DNA from: Methanoregula sp.
GTDB taxonomy: Archaea > Halobacteriota > Methanomicrobia > Methanomicrobiales > Methanospirillaceae
Direction: 5' to 3'
DNA: 64,000 nt
NCBI GenBank assembly: GCA_039698055.1
Contig: JBDKTL010000048.1
Coordinates: forward strand, 47,188-111,187
The notes below the pieces were generated by a model. That model was not told the origin of the DNA, did not search any database, and worked only from the letters and a program-made list of their open reading frames with translations. This document shows positions 10,278 to 22,310 of this stretch, one piece after another. Position numbers and translations under genes: made by a program. The stretch's first letter is position 1. Each line of letters opens with the position of its first letter.

Positions 10278-12277
10278 AAAAGACGATCCGGATCGCGCTT
10301 GCCGGCAACCCGAACGTGGGCAAGAGCACCATCTTCAATGCCCTGACCGGCTCCCGCCAGCATGTGGGCAACTGGCCCGGTGTGACTGTCGAGAAGAAGA
10401 GCGGATTTGCCAAATGCCAGGACTACGAGATCGAGATCGTGGATCTCCCCGGCACCTACAGCCTGACCGCGTACTCAATCGACGAAGTGGTGGCCCGCGA
10501 TTATATCATCGATGAGAAACCCGATGTCGTCGTTCATGTCGTAGATGCCACCAACTTCGAACGGAACCTGTACCTTACCACCCAGCTCATGGAACTGGGG
10601 GTGCCGCTCGTCATGGCCCTCAACATGTCGGACATGGCAGAAAAGGCCGGTACCGCCATCGACCGGGCGTCCATGAAGAAGTTCTTCGAGATCCCGGTGG
10701 TCAGGACCGTTGGCAGCAAAGCAGAAGGTCTCGACGAACTCCTCCGGACCGCGGTCCACGAAGCCGAAACCTCGCCCCACCACGAACACGCCATCGGGTA
10801 TGGCGACGCGATCGAACGCACCATCTCCGATCTCGTTGCTGCCTTGGGGAATGATCCCGCCCTTGCTGCCCGGTACCCGCCCCGCTGGCTGGCCATCCGC
10901 CTGCTGGAAGGCGACGAGAATGCAAAGGACAAACTCGCCGGCAGCCCGGCGCGGGCACCAGTACTGACCCTGCTTGAAAAAACAGACCTCGCCGAGACCG
11001 AAGCCGCCATGGCGGACCGGCGGTATGATGTTATCGCCGCACTCCTGCCGCAGGTCTGTACCACCTGTGTCAAAGAGATGAACTCCTCGGACCTGATCGA
11101 CCGGGTGATCACCAACCGGTATCTCGGTATCCCGATCTTCCTTGCCCTGATGTGGGGGGCATTCCAGCTTACATTCGCTGTTGCCACTCCATTCATGGCA
11201 GCGATCGATGCGCTGTTCGGGTACTGTGCCGGGCTCCTCTCATCGGGAAGCGTGGAACCGGCGTGGCTCGGGTCCCTTCTTGGCGACGGCATCATCGGAG
11301 GCGTAGGATCGGTAATCATCTTCCTGCCCAACATCTTCATCCTCCTCTTCATCCTCTCGCTCCTGGAAGACAGCGGGTACCTTGCCCGGGCCGCGTTCGT
11401 CATGGACCGGCTGATGTACGCCATCGGCCTGCCGGGCAAGTCTTTCATCCCCATGCTGATCGGGTTCGGGTGCAATGTGCCGGCGATCATGGCAACCCGG
11501 ACGATCGAGGATCCAAAAGATCGGCTGCTCACGATCCTGATCAACCCGTTCATGTCCTGCAGTGCACGACTGCCGGTGTACGTCCTCTTTGCCGGCGCAT
11601 TCTTCCCGGCGAATGCGGGAACCGTGGTCTTTGTGTTGTACGTGCTCGGGATCGCCGTCGCGATCGGCTCCGCATGGCTGTTCCGAAAAACCATTCTTCC
11701 CGGAAAGCCGGCACCGTTCCTCATGGAGATGCCGCCCTACCGCCTGCCCACCCTCTTTACATCGGTACGGCACATGTGGGACCGTGGTTCGATGTACATC
11801 CGGAAAGCCGGGGGTATCATCCTGTTTGCCAGCATCATCGTCTGGGGGCTGGCCACGCTTCCTTACGGGGTCGAGTACGGAAGTGCAAACAGTTATGCCG
11901 GCATGCTCGGGCATATTATTCAGCCGGTCTTTGCCCCGCTTGGGTTTGACTGGAAGATCGCCGTTGCGCTCCTCTTCGGCTTTGTTGCAAAGGAGATCGT
12001 GGTCGGTTCGCTCGGTGTCCTTTACGGGACCGGGGAAGACGGTGGGTCGCTCCAGAGCGCCCTGCTGGCGGATCCGTCGCTTGGACCGGTCACCGCCTTT
12101 GCCCTCATGGTGTTCGTGCTGCTCTACCTTCCCTGCCTTACTGCCTTTGCGGTCATCCGCAAGGAGACCGGTTCCTGGAAATGGACACTGTTCTCGGTAG
12201 GCTATGGCATTGGCGTGGCGTATCTCCTCGCTCTCATTATTGTGCATCTTGCCCCGGTTGTCCTCGGGAGGATCTGA
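10274..12277 (+). CDS. feoB: Ferrous iron transport protein B
   Basis: GNPNVGKS, GNWPGVTVEKK, DLPGTYSL, NMSD; gate motifs FGCNVPA, MSCSAR, YLPC; start placed at ATG 10274. Confidence 0.97.
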   Translation: MKKTIRIALAGNPNVGKSTIFNALTGSRQHVGNWPGVTVEKKSGFAKCQDYEIEIVDLPGTYSLTAYSIDEVVARDYIIDEKPDVVVHVVDATNFERNLYLTTQLMELGVPLVMALNMSDMAEKAGTAIDRASMKKFFEIPVVRTVGSKAEGLDELLRTAVHEAETSPHHEHAIGYGDAIERTISDLVAALGNDPALAARYPPRWLAIRLLEGDENAKDKLAGSPARAPVLTLLEKTDLAETEAAMADRRYDVIAALLPQVCTTCVKEMNSSDLIDRVITNRYLGIPIFLALMWGAFQLTFAVATPFMAAIDALFGYCAGLLSSGSVEPAWLGSLLGDGIIGGVGSVIIFLPNIFILLFILSLLEDSGYLARAAFVMDRLMYAIGLPGKSFIPMLIGFGCNVPAIMATRTIEDPKDRLLTILINPFMSCSARLPVYVLFAGAFFPANAGTVVFVLYVLGIAVAIGSAWLFRKTILPGKPAPFLMEMPPYRLPTLFTSVRHMWDRGSMYIRKAGGIILFASIIVWGLATLPYGVEYGSANSYAGMLGHIIQPVFAPLGFDWKIAVALLFGFVAKEIVVGSLGVLYGTGEDGGSLQSALLADPSLGPVTAFALMVFVLLYLPCLTAFAVIRKETGSWKWTLFSVGYGIGVAYLLALIIVHLAPVVLGRI

Positions 12278-12279
12278 TT

Positions 12280-12717
12280 ATGGCATCCCAAGGAAAAACC
12301 CTCTTCGCCGCAGTGTTCGGCACCCTGTACCTGCTCTTTGGGATCGTCATGATCCTGTCAGCGGCAATCCCGTACCTTGCGGAGCTGGCCGGGTCATACC
12401 TCATCCCCTCCGATCCCGCTGCCGGCTTTGTGCTCTGCGTAGTGGGAATGGTCTTCCTGTTTGCCTGCCAGAGGCTGGCAACGGGTTCAGCCAACGGGCA
12501 CGCATTCCTCTATGTCGGCATGGCGCTGGCCCTGATATTCGGGATCGTTGCACTGCTCTCCCTGCTGGCGCAGGGCGCCGAGATCGTCATCTTTGGGGAC
12601 GGCGAGCCGTGGGACCCGGTCCAGCTCCTGGTCCCGATGGTATACCTTGCTCTGGTGCCGGCCATCGGGCTGTATGCCTGGGGCCGGGAATTCATCAGCA
12701 ACCTTGCCGGGGTGTGA
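12280..12717 (+). CDS. Hypothetical 4-TM membrane protein in the feo operon
   Basis: Hydrophobic ORF tightly packed between feoB and the feoC-like gene. Confidence 0.75.
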   Translation: MASQGKTLFAAVFGTLYLLFGIVMILSAAIPYLAELAGSYLIPSDPAAGFVLCVVGMVFLFACQRLATGSANGHAFLYVGMALALIFGIVALLSLLAQGAEIVIFGDGEPWDPVQLLVPMVYLALVPAIGLYAWGREFISNLAGV

Positions 12718-12719
12718 GC

Positions 12720-13007
12720 ATGGGAGGAACGCTCCAGTCCATTGCACGGATTATCCGTGACGGCAATCTTACCATGACGGAATGCGCCCAGCGTCTCGGG
12801 ATCTCGCGGGACCAGCTGGAGAACCGGCTTTTCCTTATGGAGCGACAGGGTTACCTTGCCCGGCAAAAAGATCCGGCTCCCGGCCCGGACTGCGGCTGCG
12901 GGCACTGCTGCTCATCGTGCAGTAACGGAGAAGGTGCACCCGTTCCGGTCCTTTATACTCTGACTCAGAAAGGGGAGCGGCTTGCACAGGATTCCGGGAG
13001 TGCCTGA
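12720..13007 (+). CDS. FeoC-like winged-helix, Cys-rich protein
   Basis: HTH (LTMTECAQRLGISRDQLE) plus CGCGHCCSSC cluster, at the end of the feo operon. Confidence 0.8.
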   Translation: MGGTLQSIARIIRDGNLTMTECAQRLGISRDQLENRLFLMERQGYLARQKDPAPGPDCGCGHCCSSCSNGEGAPVPVLYTLTQKGERLAQDSGSA

Positions 13008-13111
13008 TTTTCCGGGTGTGATTCTGCTCTGGCTCCCTTTTTGCCTCTGCGGTAACGACATATCAGTTGACAATAGTTTTTGTGTCTGAATGAATTCGTA
13101 ATGAGCGATTT

Positions 13112-13492
13112 TTACCTCTTACCTGAATTGCAGATATGAATCGGGCAGCCAGGCATCTCATGTCCTCCATGTTCGGAAACCCAGAAAAGCAGCGGGATAA
13201 GTTTTTCCCGGAGATCTTCCCCGTCCGGCGTCAGGGAATATCTGACGGTGGGTGGCGAGGTTTTGAGGATTTTCTTGTGAACGAGTCCAATCCTCTCAAG
13301 ATTCTTCAGAGTGTCCGAGAGGGGCTTGGGACTGATGCATCCCAGTTCTTTCTTGAGCTCATTGAATCCTTTCTCACCTTCATTGCCAAGGATTGCAATG
13401 ATAAGGAGAGCCCATTTCTTTGCAATGATATCGAGAATTCCCAGCAGCGGGCAAAAACAGATCTCTTTTTTTTCCGTTTGCGGTATCTTCAT
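13112..13492 (-). CDS. HxlR-family transcriptional regulator
   Basis: CPL..ILDIIAKKWALLII, FNELKKEL, SPPTVRYSLT. Confidence 0.92.
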   Translation of the reverse strand: MKIPQTEKKEICFCPLLGILDIIAKKWALLIIAILGNEGEKGFNELKKELGCISPKPLSDTLKNLERIGLVHKKILKTSPPTVRYSLTPDGEDLREKLIPLLFWVSEHGGHEMPGCPIHICNSGKR

Positions 13493-13540
13493 GAATACTA
13501 CCTATCCCTTGCCGTACTTTTTGGATTATTAACTATTAAA

Positions 13541-13557
13541 CCGATACTATCTATCGG
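13541..13557. promoter_or_regulatory. Candidate operator palindrome between hxlR and the P1B-ATPase unit
   Basis: CCGATA-CTATC-TATCGG inverted repeat just downstream of a TATTAAA element. Confidence 0.4.
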
Positions 13558-13586
13558 AATTTAATCACCAATTTTATGAGGTTCCT

Positions 13587-13715
13587 ATGACGAAAAAAGT
13601 CCTGTATATCCAATACGATGGTACCAATGAAACATGCAACAACTGCAGGGCCATTGTACTTTTCCGGTTGAACGCAAAATCAGATGCCGCAGAACCCGGT
13701 GAGGTGCCTGTATGA
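13587..13715 (+). CDS. 42-aa CxxC peptide (possible metal chaperone or HMA remnant)
   Basis: GAGGT RBS; MTKKVLYIQYDGTNETCNNCRAIVLFRLNAKSDAAEPGEVPV*; ATGA overlap with the ATPase start; below the ORF track cutoff. Confidence 0.55.
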   Translation: MTKKVLYIQYDGTNETCNNCRAIVLFRLNAKSDAAEPGEVPV

Positions 13716-15625
13716 GTTCCTGCTCCTGCTGTTCGAAGAAACCGGCCCGTACGGGCTACCGGGAATTGTTGCGGGAGCCGGGTACCATCTTTACTCTTGT
13801 AAGCGGTTTTCTGCTCGCCATTGCGGTCATCGCCGATCCCGGGATGATGCTTGATGAAACCGTCACTTCCGGGTCCGGCAGTATCCTCTATCTGATTGCG
13901 GCTCTAACGGGTTCATCTTATATCTGGTACTCTGCACTGCAGGGAATCCGGAACCGGGATTTCACTACCGATATCCCGGTCTCGCTTGCCACGCTCACCG
14001 CAATTGCCATCGGCCAGTACCCGGCAGCAGCGGTTGTCGCGGTGCTTCTCCTCGTCGGCGGCATGCTGGAAGCGTACGTGGCTGCCCGGGCAGGCAATGC
14101 CATGGAGGCGCTCGCCGCACTCCTGCCGGACCGGGTCACGGTGCGGCGCAGCGGCAGCGATACCCGTGTCCCGCTGGAAGAATTGAGTGCCGGGGACATT
14201 GTGCTTGTGAGGTCCGGTGAACGGATACCGGTCGACGGGGAGGTTATTTCCGGAACGGCATCCGTCAACCAGGCGACCATTACCGGAGAGAGCACTCCCA
14301 TAACCCGGATGTGCGGGGATACTGTCTATGCCGGGACATTCAATGATTGTGGGGTGCTTGAGATCCGTACCGTTAAGACCGGGGAGATGACCCTTCTCGG
14401 GAGGATACGGGATCTTATTGAAGATGCAAAAAACCAGAAGCCTCCAGTTGAACGGGTACTTGACCGGTACTCCCGGTTATACACACCGCTGGCACTTCTG
14501 TTCGGCGGCCTCGTTTGGTTCCTGAGCGGGGATGTCCTGCGTGCCATTACCATGCTCATCGTCTTCTGTCCCTGCGTGATCATTCTTGCCACGCCAACCG
14601 CACTCGTTGCAGCGATCGGGAACGCCGCCCGTCACGGAAACCTTGTCAAGACCGGGGAAACCATCGAGAAAATGGCAGCGGTGGATACCGTGATCTTCGA
14701 TAAAACAGGAACCCTGACGACAGGAAAACCGGTCCTTGCCGATGTAAGACCGCTCCGGAACCTGACAGAAGACGATGTCATTTTTGCAGCAGCAACCATA
14801 GAAAAATTCAGCGAGCATCCTTTAGGAAAAGCAATTGCTGCGGAAGCATTGCGGCGCCATATTGTTGTTCCGGATCCGGAATCATTCGAGGTTTTACCGG
14901 GCCGCGGGATCTCTGCTGTCATTCATGGAAAAACCGCGCTCCTTGGAAACGAATCTCTCATGGCGGAGTACAGGGTTGAGATCGATTCCTGCGCCACGGC
15001 CTCTGCCCGGTCCTGCGCAGCCGATGCCCGGACCATTTCCTATCTTGCAATCGATGGCCGGGTCGCAGCGGTCCTGACGTTTGCGGATGCACTGAGGAAT
15101 AATGCCGGAGAGGTCGTCTCCAGGCTTCAGGCTGCCGGAGTGCATTGTGTCATGGTAACCGGGGACCAGCCGGGTTCGGCATCCTCTGTGGGACGCGCCC
15201 TCGGGATTACGGAAATCCATGCAAATGTACTGCCGCAGGATAAAGTTGCGATTGTCCGGAAGATGCAGTCGGAAGGCTGGCATGTTGCCTTTGTCGGCGA
15301 CGGGGTCAATGACGGGCCGGCACTTGCAGCATCCGATGTCGGGATTGCGATGGGGCTCTCCGGCACCGATGTTGCCATTGAAACCGCCGATATTGCTCTC
15401 CTCTCCGATGACCTTGCCTCGCTGCCTCACCTGCATTCGCTCTCCCGGGTCGCCCTCAGCACTATCCGGAACAACCTTGTCTTCTCGGTAGGGGTTCTGG
15501 TCGTTGCCGTGATGCTCACGATCCCCGGTATCCTGCACCCGGTTACCGGTGCCCTTGTCCATGAGATCTCATCGCTGCCGGTGATTGCCAATTCGGTGCG
15601 CCTGATCGCATACCGGAACGGATAA
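13712..15625 (+). CDS. Heavy-metal translocating P1B-type ATPase
   Basis: TGES, CPC, DKTGTLT, SEHPLG, GDGVNDGPAL. Confidence 0.95.
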   Translation: MSSCSCCSKKPARTGYRELLREPGTIFTLVSGFLLAIAVIADPGMMLDETVTSGSGSILYLIAALTGSSYIWYSALQGIRNRDFTTDIPVSLATLTAIAIGQYPAAAVVAVLLLVGGMLEAYVAARAGNAMEALAALLPDRVTVRRSGSDTRVPLEELSAGDIVLVRSGERIPVDGEVISGTASVNQATITGESTPITRMCGDTVYAGTFNDCGVLEIRTVKTGEMTLLGRIRDLIEDAKNQKPPVERVLDRYSRLYTPLALLFGGLVWFLSGDVLRAITMLIVFCPCVIILATPTALVAAIGNAARHGNLVKTGETIEKMAAVDTVIFDKTGTLTTGKPVLADVRPLRNLTEDDVIFAAATIEKFSEHPLGKAIAAEALRRHIVVPDPESFEVLPGRGISAVIHGKTALLGNESLMAEYRVEIDSCATASARSCAADARTISYLAIDGRVAAVLTFADALRNNAGEVVSRLQAAGVHCVMVTGDQPGSASSVGRALGITEIHANVLPQDKVAIVRKMQSEGWHVAFVGDGVNDGPALAASDVGIAMGLSGTDVAIETADIALLSDDLASLPHLHSLSRVALSTIRNNLVFSVGVLVVAVMLTIPGILHPVTGALVHEISSLPVIANSVRLIAYRNG

Positions 15626-15737
15626 ACTGTGAAGATGACCCGGATCCGGTTTTAACCAGTGCCGGTTTACCGGGTCAATCCTCCCAACGTCCTTTTTAAC
15701 TCTGGAAAATGGAACCGGAGCACGCATGGGGCTTGTT

Positions 15738-16940
15738 TTATCTCGTATCCCTACAACCGTCTGTCCCCATAAAACAGAAAGGATCTTCCGCCAGGAAATC
15801 CCCTTCCACAGCATGTGCCCGGACCCGGCACCCGCCGCCGCAGAGATCCCGATACCTGCAGATTCCGCACCGGCCCCCGAAACGGGCATCCTTTTTTCGG
15901 AACCGGGCGAGAACGGGGCTGGCATCATCCGCCCAGAGCCTGCTGAACGACCGGTCCCTGACATTCCCCACGAGAAATTCCCGGGAACGGGCGAACTGGC
16001 AGGGGTACACGTTCCCCCGGGTATCAATATTGGCCACCCGGGTGCCGGCGCTGCACCCACCCTTCAGTGATTCGAGCAGCCCCCGGGCATCGGCCAGGTC
16101 CTCCGATCCGTCTTTCTCCATGGAAGCAAGCAGGTGGATGCAGTCCTGCGGGGCATCGACCGTCAGGAACTCCATGGTTGCAGGATCCGTCTCCTTTGCT
16201 TTCCGGTAGAGAAGATCAAGAGCCCCCTTTACCTCGTCCTTGTCCAGTTGCAGCCGGGCGTAGGAATCACTTCCCCGGCCTGTTGGCACAAGCCAGTACA
16301 GGCAGAAGCGGGAGGCGCCGAGGGAAATGGAAAGATCGACGAGCGCTTCAAGTTCGTGGCAGTTCTCTTTCGTGAGAGTAACCCGGACCCCGCACCGGAG
16401 CCCGGCTTCCGTGCATGCCGCAAATGCCTTTATCGTCTGCTCAAACGCACCAGGGGAATTCCGGAACCGGTCGTGAGTCTCAGCTTTCGCACCATCAAGC
16501 GATATGCCGGCATATTCGATCCCGCTCTCTTTGATCCGCCGGGCAATGTCGGGGGTGATAAGTGTTCCGTTGGTGCTGAGCGCCAGCTTGAGACCACGGT
16601 TGCCGGCATGACGTGCCAGTTCCCAGATATCCTCACGGAGAAGCGGTTCCCCGCCGGTGAACAGGATGAGCGGCACACCCATAGCTGCGAGATCATCGAT
16701 CACTCCTAGCGCTTCAGCAGTGGACAGTTCTCCTTCCGTTGTACGTCCCGGTCCTGACCTGCTGTAGCAATGGGCGCAGCTCAGGTTGCAGCGGTCCGTG
16801 AGGTTCCAGAAGACCACCGGCCGGTACATCCCAGAGAATGCCAGATAACCGCTGGGCACATCGGTCTGCGGTTTATGCCGGTGCCGCATCACGCTGCTGA
16901 CGGTTCCCCGGCCGTGCATGCATTGAGTAATCCTGTTCAT
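15738..16940 (-). CDS. ahbC: Radical SAM Fe-coproporphyrin synthase (AhbC/NirJ1-like)
   Basis: RPVVFWNLTDRCNLSCAHC, SPASM Cys motifs, within the ahb cluster; C vs D assigned from the N-terminus. Confidence 0.8.
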   Translation of the reverse strand: MNRITQCMHGRGTVSSVMRHRHKPQTDVPSGYLAFSGMYRPVVFWNLTDRCNLSCAHCYSRSGPGRTTEGELSTAEALGVIDDLAAMGVPLILFTGGEPLLREDIWELARHAGNRGLKLALSTNGTLITPDIARRIKESGIEYAGISLDGAKAETHDRFRNSPGAFEQTIKAFAACTEAGLRCGVRVTLTKENCHELEALVDLSISLGASRFCLYWLVPTGRGSDSYARLQLDKDEVKGALDLLYRKAKETDPATMEFLTVDAPQDCIHLLASMEKDGSEDLADARGLLESLKGGCSAGTRVANIDTRGNVYPCQFARSREFLVGNVRDRSFSRLWADDASPVLARFRKKDARFGGRCGICRYRDLCGGGCRVRAHAVEGDFLAEDPFCFMGTDGCRDTR

Positions 16941-17422
16941 GGGCTCCCTCCATTCTCGTTCATCCGGACATTCGGCACACGCTTGAACTCGCGGGTACTG
17001 AAGAGGATGGTATAATCCGGGCATTGGATCGTTTCGGCAACCGCCTTCACTTCGTCCACTACCTTCTCTCTGCTGTACCCGTGGTGGACGGTATACAGGG
17101 TGTACTCCCACCTTCCCGGGACCGGTGTGCGTTCATAGCAATGGGTCACCTGGGGAAATGCTGCCAGCAGTTTTCCCGTATCCATCTCTTTGCCCCGTGC
17201 CGGTTTCCATGCCACGAGGGCATTCGCGGTGATCCCAATCTTCCGCTGGTCGATCCGGGCCCGGAATTTCCGGATCACTCCTGCCTCATTCAGGTGCCGG
17301 ATCCGGGCCACTACGTCATCGCCGCTCAGACCCAGCCGGTTTCCTATCTCTTCAAACGGTGCCGGGACAAACGGGAGACCCCGTTCCAGTTCCCGGAGCA
17401 GGTGCATATCTGTTGGGTCCAT
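16937..17422 (-). CDS. ahbB: Siroheme decarboxylase beta subunit (Lrp/AsnC-like)
   Basis: GITANALVAW, VTHCYER, W.YTLYTVHH. Confidence 0.85.
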   Translation of the reverse strand: MDPTDMHLLRELERGLPFVPAPFEEIGNRLGLSGDDVVARIRHLNEAGVIRKFRARIDQRKIGITANALVAWKPARGKEMDTGKLLAAFPQVTHCYERTPVPGRWEYTLYTVHHGYSREKVVDEVKAVAETIQCPDYTILFSTREFKRVPNVRMNENGGSP

Positions 17423-17928
17423 TAGGTATTCTCTCCGGATTGTGCGGGCAAAAAGGCGAACCGCACATCGATTTTGATCTTTCTTACGGTCGGCAGGTCA
17501 AGGACATCGGAGTCCGGAATTCCCGTCCTCTCCAGGATCTCGTCCAGCACCTTTCGGATCCCCTCCCCGTTCTTCGCAGCAATCGTGAACCAGAGGGAGT
17601 AGTAATGGTCCCGCTGGAAATTGTGCGACACTTCCGGGTAACTGCTGATGATGGCCGCAATCTCGTCCACGCTCTCCTCAGGTACATGGATGGCAACGAG
17701 GGTCGCCGCATGCAGGCCAAGGTGCCGGGACTCCAGCACCGGAGATATCCCCCGGATAATGCCTGCCTCTTCCATCCGTTTCATGCGATCGATCAGCCCG
17801 GTTTCCGTCATCCCGAGCCGGTCTGCAATCGCTTTCCATGGCCGGGACACCAACGGGAGATCATCCTGCAGGGCATTGAGAATGGCCAGATCGGTCTGGT
17901 CCGGAACGAAGCAGGAGCGGGTGTTCAC
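17422..17928 (-). CDS. ahbA: Siroheme decarboxylase alpha subunit (Lrp/AsnC-like)
   Basis: LQDDLPLVSRPW, YPEVSHNFQR, YSLWFT; GTG start overlapping the ahbD stop. Confidence 0.85.
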   Translation of the reverse strand: MNTRSCFVPDQTDLAILNALQDDLPLVSRPWKAIADRLGMTETGLIDRMKRMEEAGIIRGISPVLESRHLGLHAATLVAIHVPEESVDEIAAIISSYPEVSHNFQRDHYYSLWFTIAAKNGEGIRKVLDEILERTGIPDSDVLDLPTVRKIKIDVRFAFLPAQSGENT

Positions 17929-18989
17929 GGTGTCACCCCGCCGGGCTGGTACGGGCACCACGGATCCTCCCCGCAGCACTCGCCGTTAAGTGTTTCCGGT
18001 GTTGCAAGACCGTCACACCAGAGCGGGGAAGCCGCGTCTTCCCGCCGGTATGCCCGGGCCCGGCACCCGCCACAGGTGGTTCTGAATTCGCACCGCCCGC
18101 ATTTTCCCGTGAGCAGGTCAGGATCGCGGAGTGCGATAAAGAGCGGGGAACTGTTCCAGATCTCCGCAAACGGAGTGGTCCGCACATTCCCGGCACTGAC
18201 CGGCAGGTACGGGCAGGGTGTCACATCCCCGTTGGCAAAAATCCGGCAGTAGGTGATGCCGGCAAGGCAGCCGCGTCCCCATGCAGGATGTGCGATGCCA
18301 AGACTGTCCGCGATCCTGCGGAACTGCGGGGCACACGTTGGGCGGATATTGAGATCGCTGTCACGGTACCGGATGAGGATCTGCCGGATCAGCTCCTCGT
18401 ACTCCTCCGGGCTGCGGGGCTCGATCTGCCGGGCCCTTCCGGTCGGGATCGGGAAGAAGAGCTGGTAATCGCGAACACCGAGGGAAGTCCCGAGGCCGAT
18501 TACGTTCTCCACATCGCTGATGGCGGACCGCATCACGGACATGTTGATCTGAACATTCATCCCTGCCTCACGACAGTACCCGATGGCCGCAACAGCCCGC
18601 TCCCACACGCCGTCAAGACCCCGGAACGAATCATGGGTCGCTGCATCGTTCGCGTCCAGGCTGATGGCCACAGCCCGGATTCCCGCATCCCGGAGTTTTG
18701 ACGCAACCGCTTTATCGATGAGGTACCCGCTGGTACCCATGACCATACGGAGTCCCTGCTCCGTGCCGTACCGTGCAATTTCATAGATATCTTCACGGAG
18801 GAGCGGTTCGCCGCCGCTCAGCACGACGACCGGCGTACCCGTGGCCCGGATCTGGTCGATAACGGAAAATGCCTCCTTTGTTCCGAGCACTCCTTCTGCT
18901 TCCTCAACACCCGCGTCCACGTAACAATGGGAACACTTCAGGGGACACCTGAGCGTGATGTTCCACGAGATGATACGCGGTGCGTTCAC
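17925..18989 (-). CDS. ahbD: Radical SAM heme b synthase (AhbD/NirJ2-like)
   Basis: PRIISWNITLRCPLKCSHC, RPTCAPQF, GRGCLAG, CGGCRARA; start is GTG 18989 or TTG 19001. Confidence 0.8.
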   Translation of the reverse strand: MNAPRIISWNITLRCPLKCSHCYVDAGVEEAEGVLGTKEAFSVIDQIRATGTPVVVLSGGEPLLREDIYEIARYGTEQGLRMVMGTSGYLIDKAVASKLRDAGIRAVAISLDANDAATHDSFRGLDGVWERAVAAIGYCREAGMNVQINMSVMRSAISDVENVIGLGTSLGVRDYQLFFPIPTGRARQIEPRSPEEYEELIRQILIRYRDSDLNIRPTCAPQFRRIADSLGIAHPAWGRGCLAGITYCRIFANGDVTPCPYLPVSAGNVRTTPFAEIWNSSPLFIALRDPDLLTGKCGRCEFRTTCGGCRARAYRREDAASPLWCDGLATPETLNGECCGEDPWCPYQPGGVTP

Positions 18990-18997
18990 TGCACCGT

Positions 18998-21229
<2,232 letters not shown>

Positions 21230-21518
21230 TCAGGTGGACATCCACAAAGGACACGGCCACGCTGCCCTGCCATGAGAGATTCTGGTTGTCAGCAACCGGG
21301 ACTCCCACGGCTGCCGTGAGGGTTGTCCTGGCCATGATCTCTTAAAGGTAAAATTACCACGGTCATATTTAATAAGATAGGGTTCCGGGCACACCCTCCC
21401 CTGTACCTTGATTCTTCGACAGGTAAGAACATGGCATGACAGAAAATGTTCGTGCTTCGTCGTGTTTTTGCATAATAAAAGAGGATGGTTGATATCAGAC
21501 TACCACAGAATAAAAATT

Positions 21519-22298
21519 ATGAGCGATATTGAAATCATTGATCTTACACCAGACAATATTGCCGACTATGGGGTCTGCGGATATAAGGATGTCAGGAAGC
21601 ATGCGGAACTCAGAAAAAAAATCGACTGGTTCAACCGGTATTATCCAAAAGGATTGCGGATAAAAGTCCTGTTTTCCAAGAGCGCCGGTTACCAGGGCAT
21701 GCTTGAATATATCCCGGGAAAATATGCCCACCGCCCTGTGGATGCAGACGGTTATATGTTCATCCATTGTATCTTCGTCGGTTTCAGGAATGAGTTCAAG
21801 GGAAAGGGATATGCCTCGTCCCTGATCGACACCTGTATTGCCGACGCAAAACTGGCCCACATGGATGGTGTTGCCGTTGTAACAAGGAAAGGCCCGTTCA
21901 TGGCAAATAAAGAAATTTTTGTGAAAAAGGGATTTGTTGTTACGGACAAGGCAGCTCCCGACTTTGAACTGCTTGGCTTAAAATTCCATCGGGATGCACC
22001 CGATCCCAAATTCAAGCCCTCTCTGGCAAAGAGCAGGGAAAAATATGCAGACGGTTTAACCGTCCTGCGCTCGGCCCAGTGCCCGTATTCCGAGAAGAAC
22101 GTTGCTGCCATTATGGAGACCGCAAAGAAAAAGTTCGGCCTGAACGCCCGGCTGGTTGATCTGGAAGGCGCGGCCGCTGTTCAGGGATCTCCCTGTGCAT
22201 TCGGGACATTCTGCATCGTGTACAATGGCGAGGTCATCAGCCATCACCCGATCAGCAACACGAGATTTGAGAATATCATGAAAAAGATGAAAAAATAA
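21519..22298 (+). CDS. GNAT acetyltransferase with YoaP-like C-terminal domain
   Basis: FKGKGYASSLI acetyl-CoA motif; QCPY and YNGEVISHHPIS C-terminus. Confidence 0.85.
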   Translation: MSDIEIIDLTPDNIADYGVCGYKDVRKHAELRKKIDWFNRYYPKGLRIKVLFSKSAGYQGMLEYIPGKYAHRPVDADGYMFIHCIFVGFRNEFKGKGYASSLIDTCIADAKLAHMDGVAVVTRKGPFMANKEIFVKKGFVVTDKAAPDFELLGLKFHRDAPDPKFKPSLAKSREKYADGLTVLRSAQCPYSEKNVAAIMETAKKKFGLNARLVDLEGAAAVQGSPCAFGTFCIVYNGEVISHHPISNTRFENIMKKMKK

Positions 22299-22310
22299 AA
22301 TGCATGTCTC

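Noticed and set aside
10534-12247. Long antisense ORFs (396 and 335 aa) over feoB, and similar ones over katG, CDF, HDAC and fdhAB
   Set aside because: Expected shadows of GC-rich coding sequence; no RBS or family motifs.
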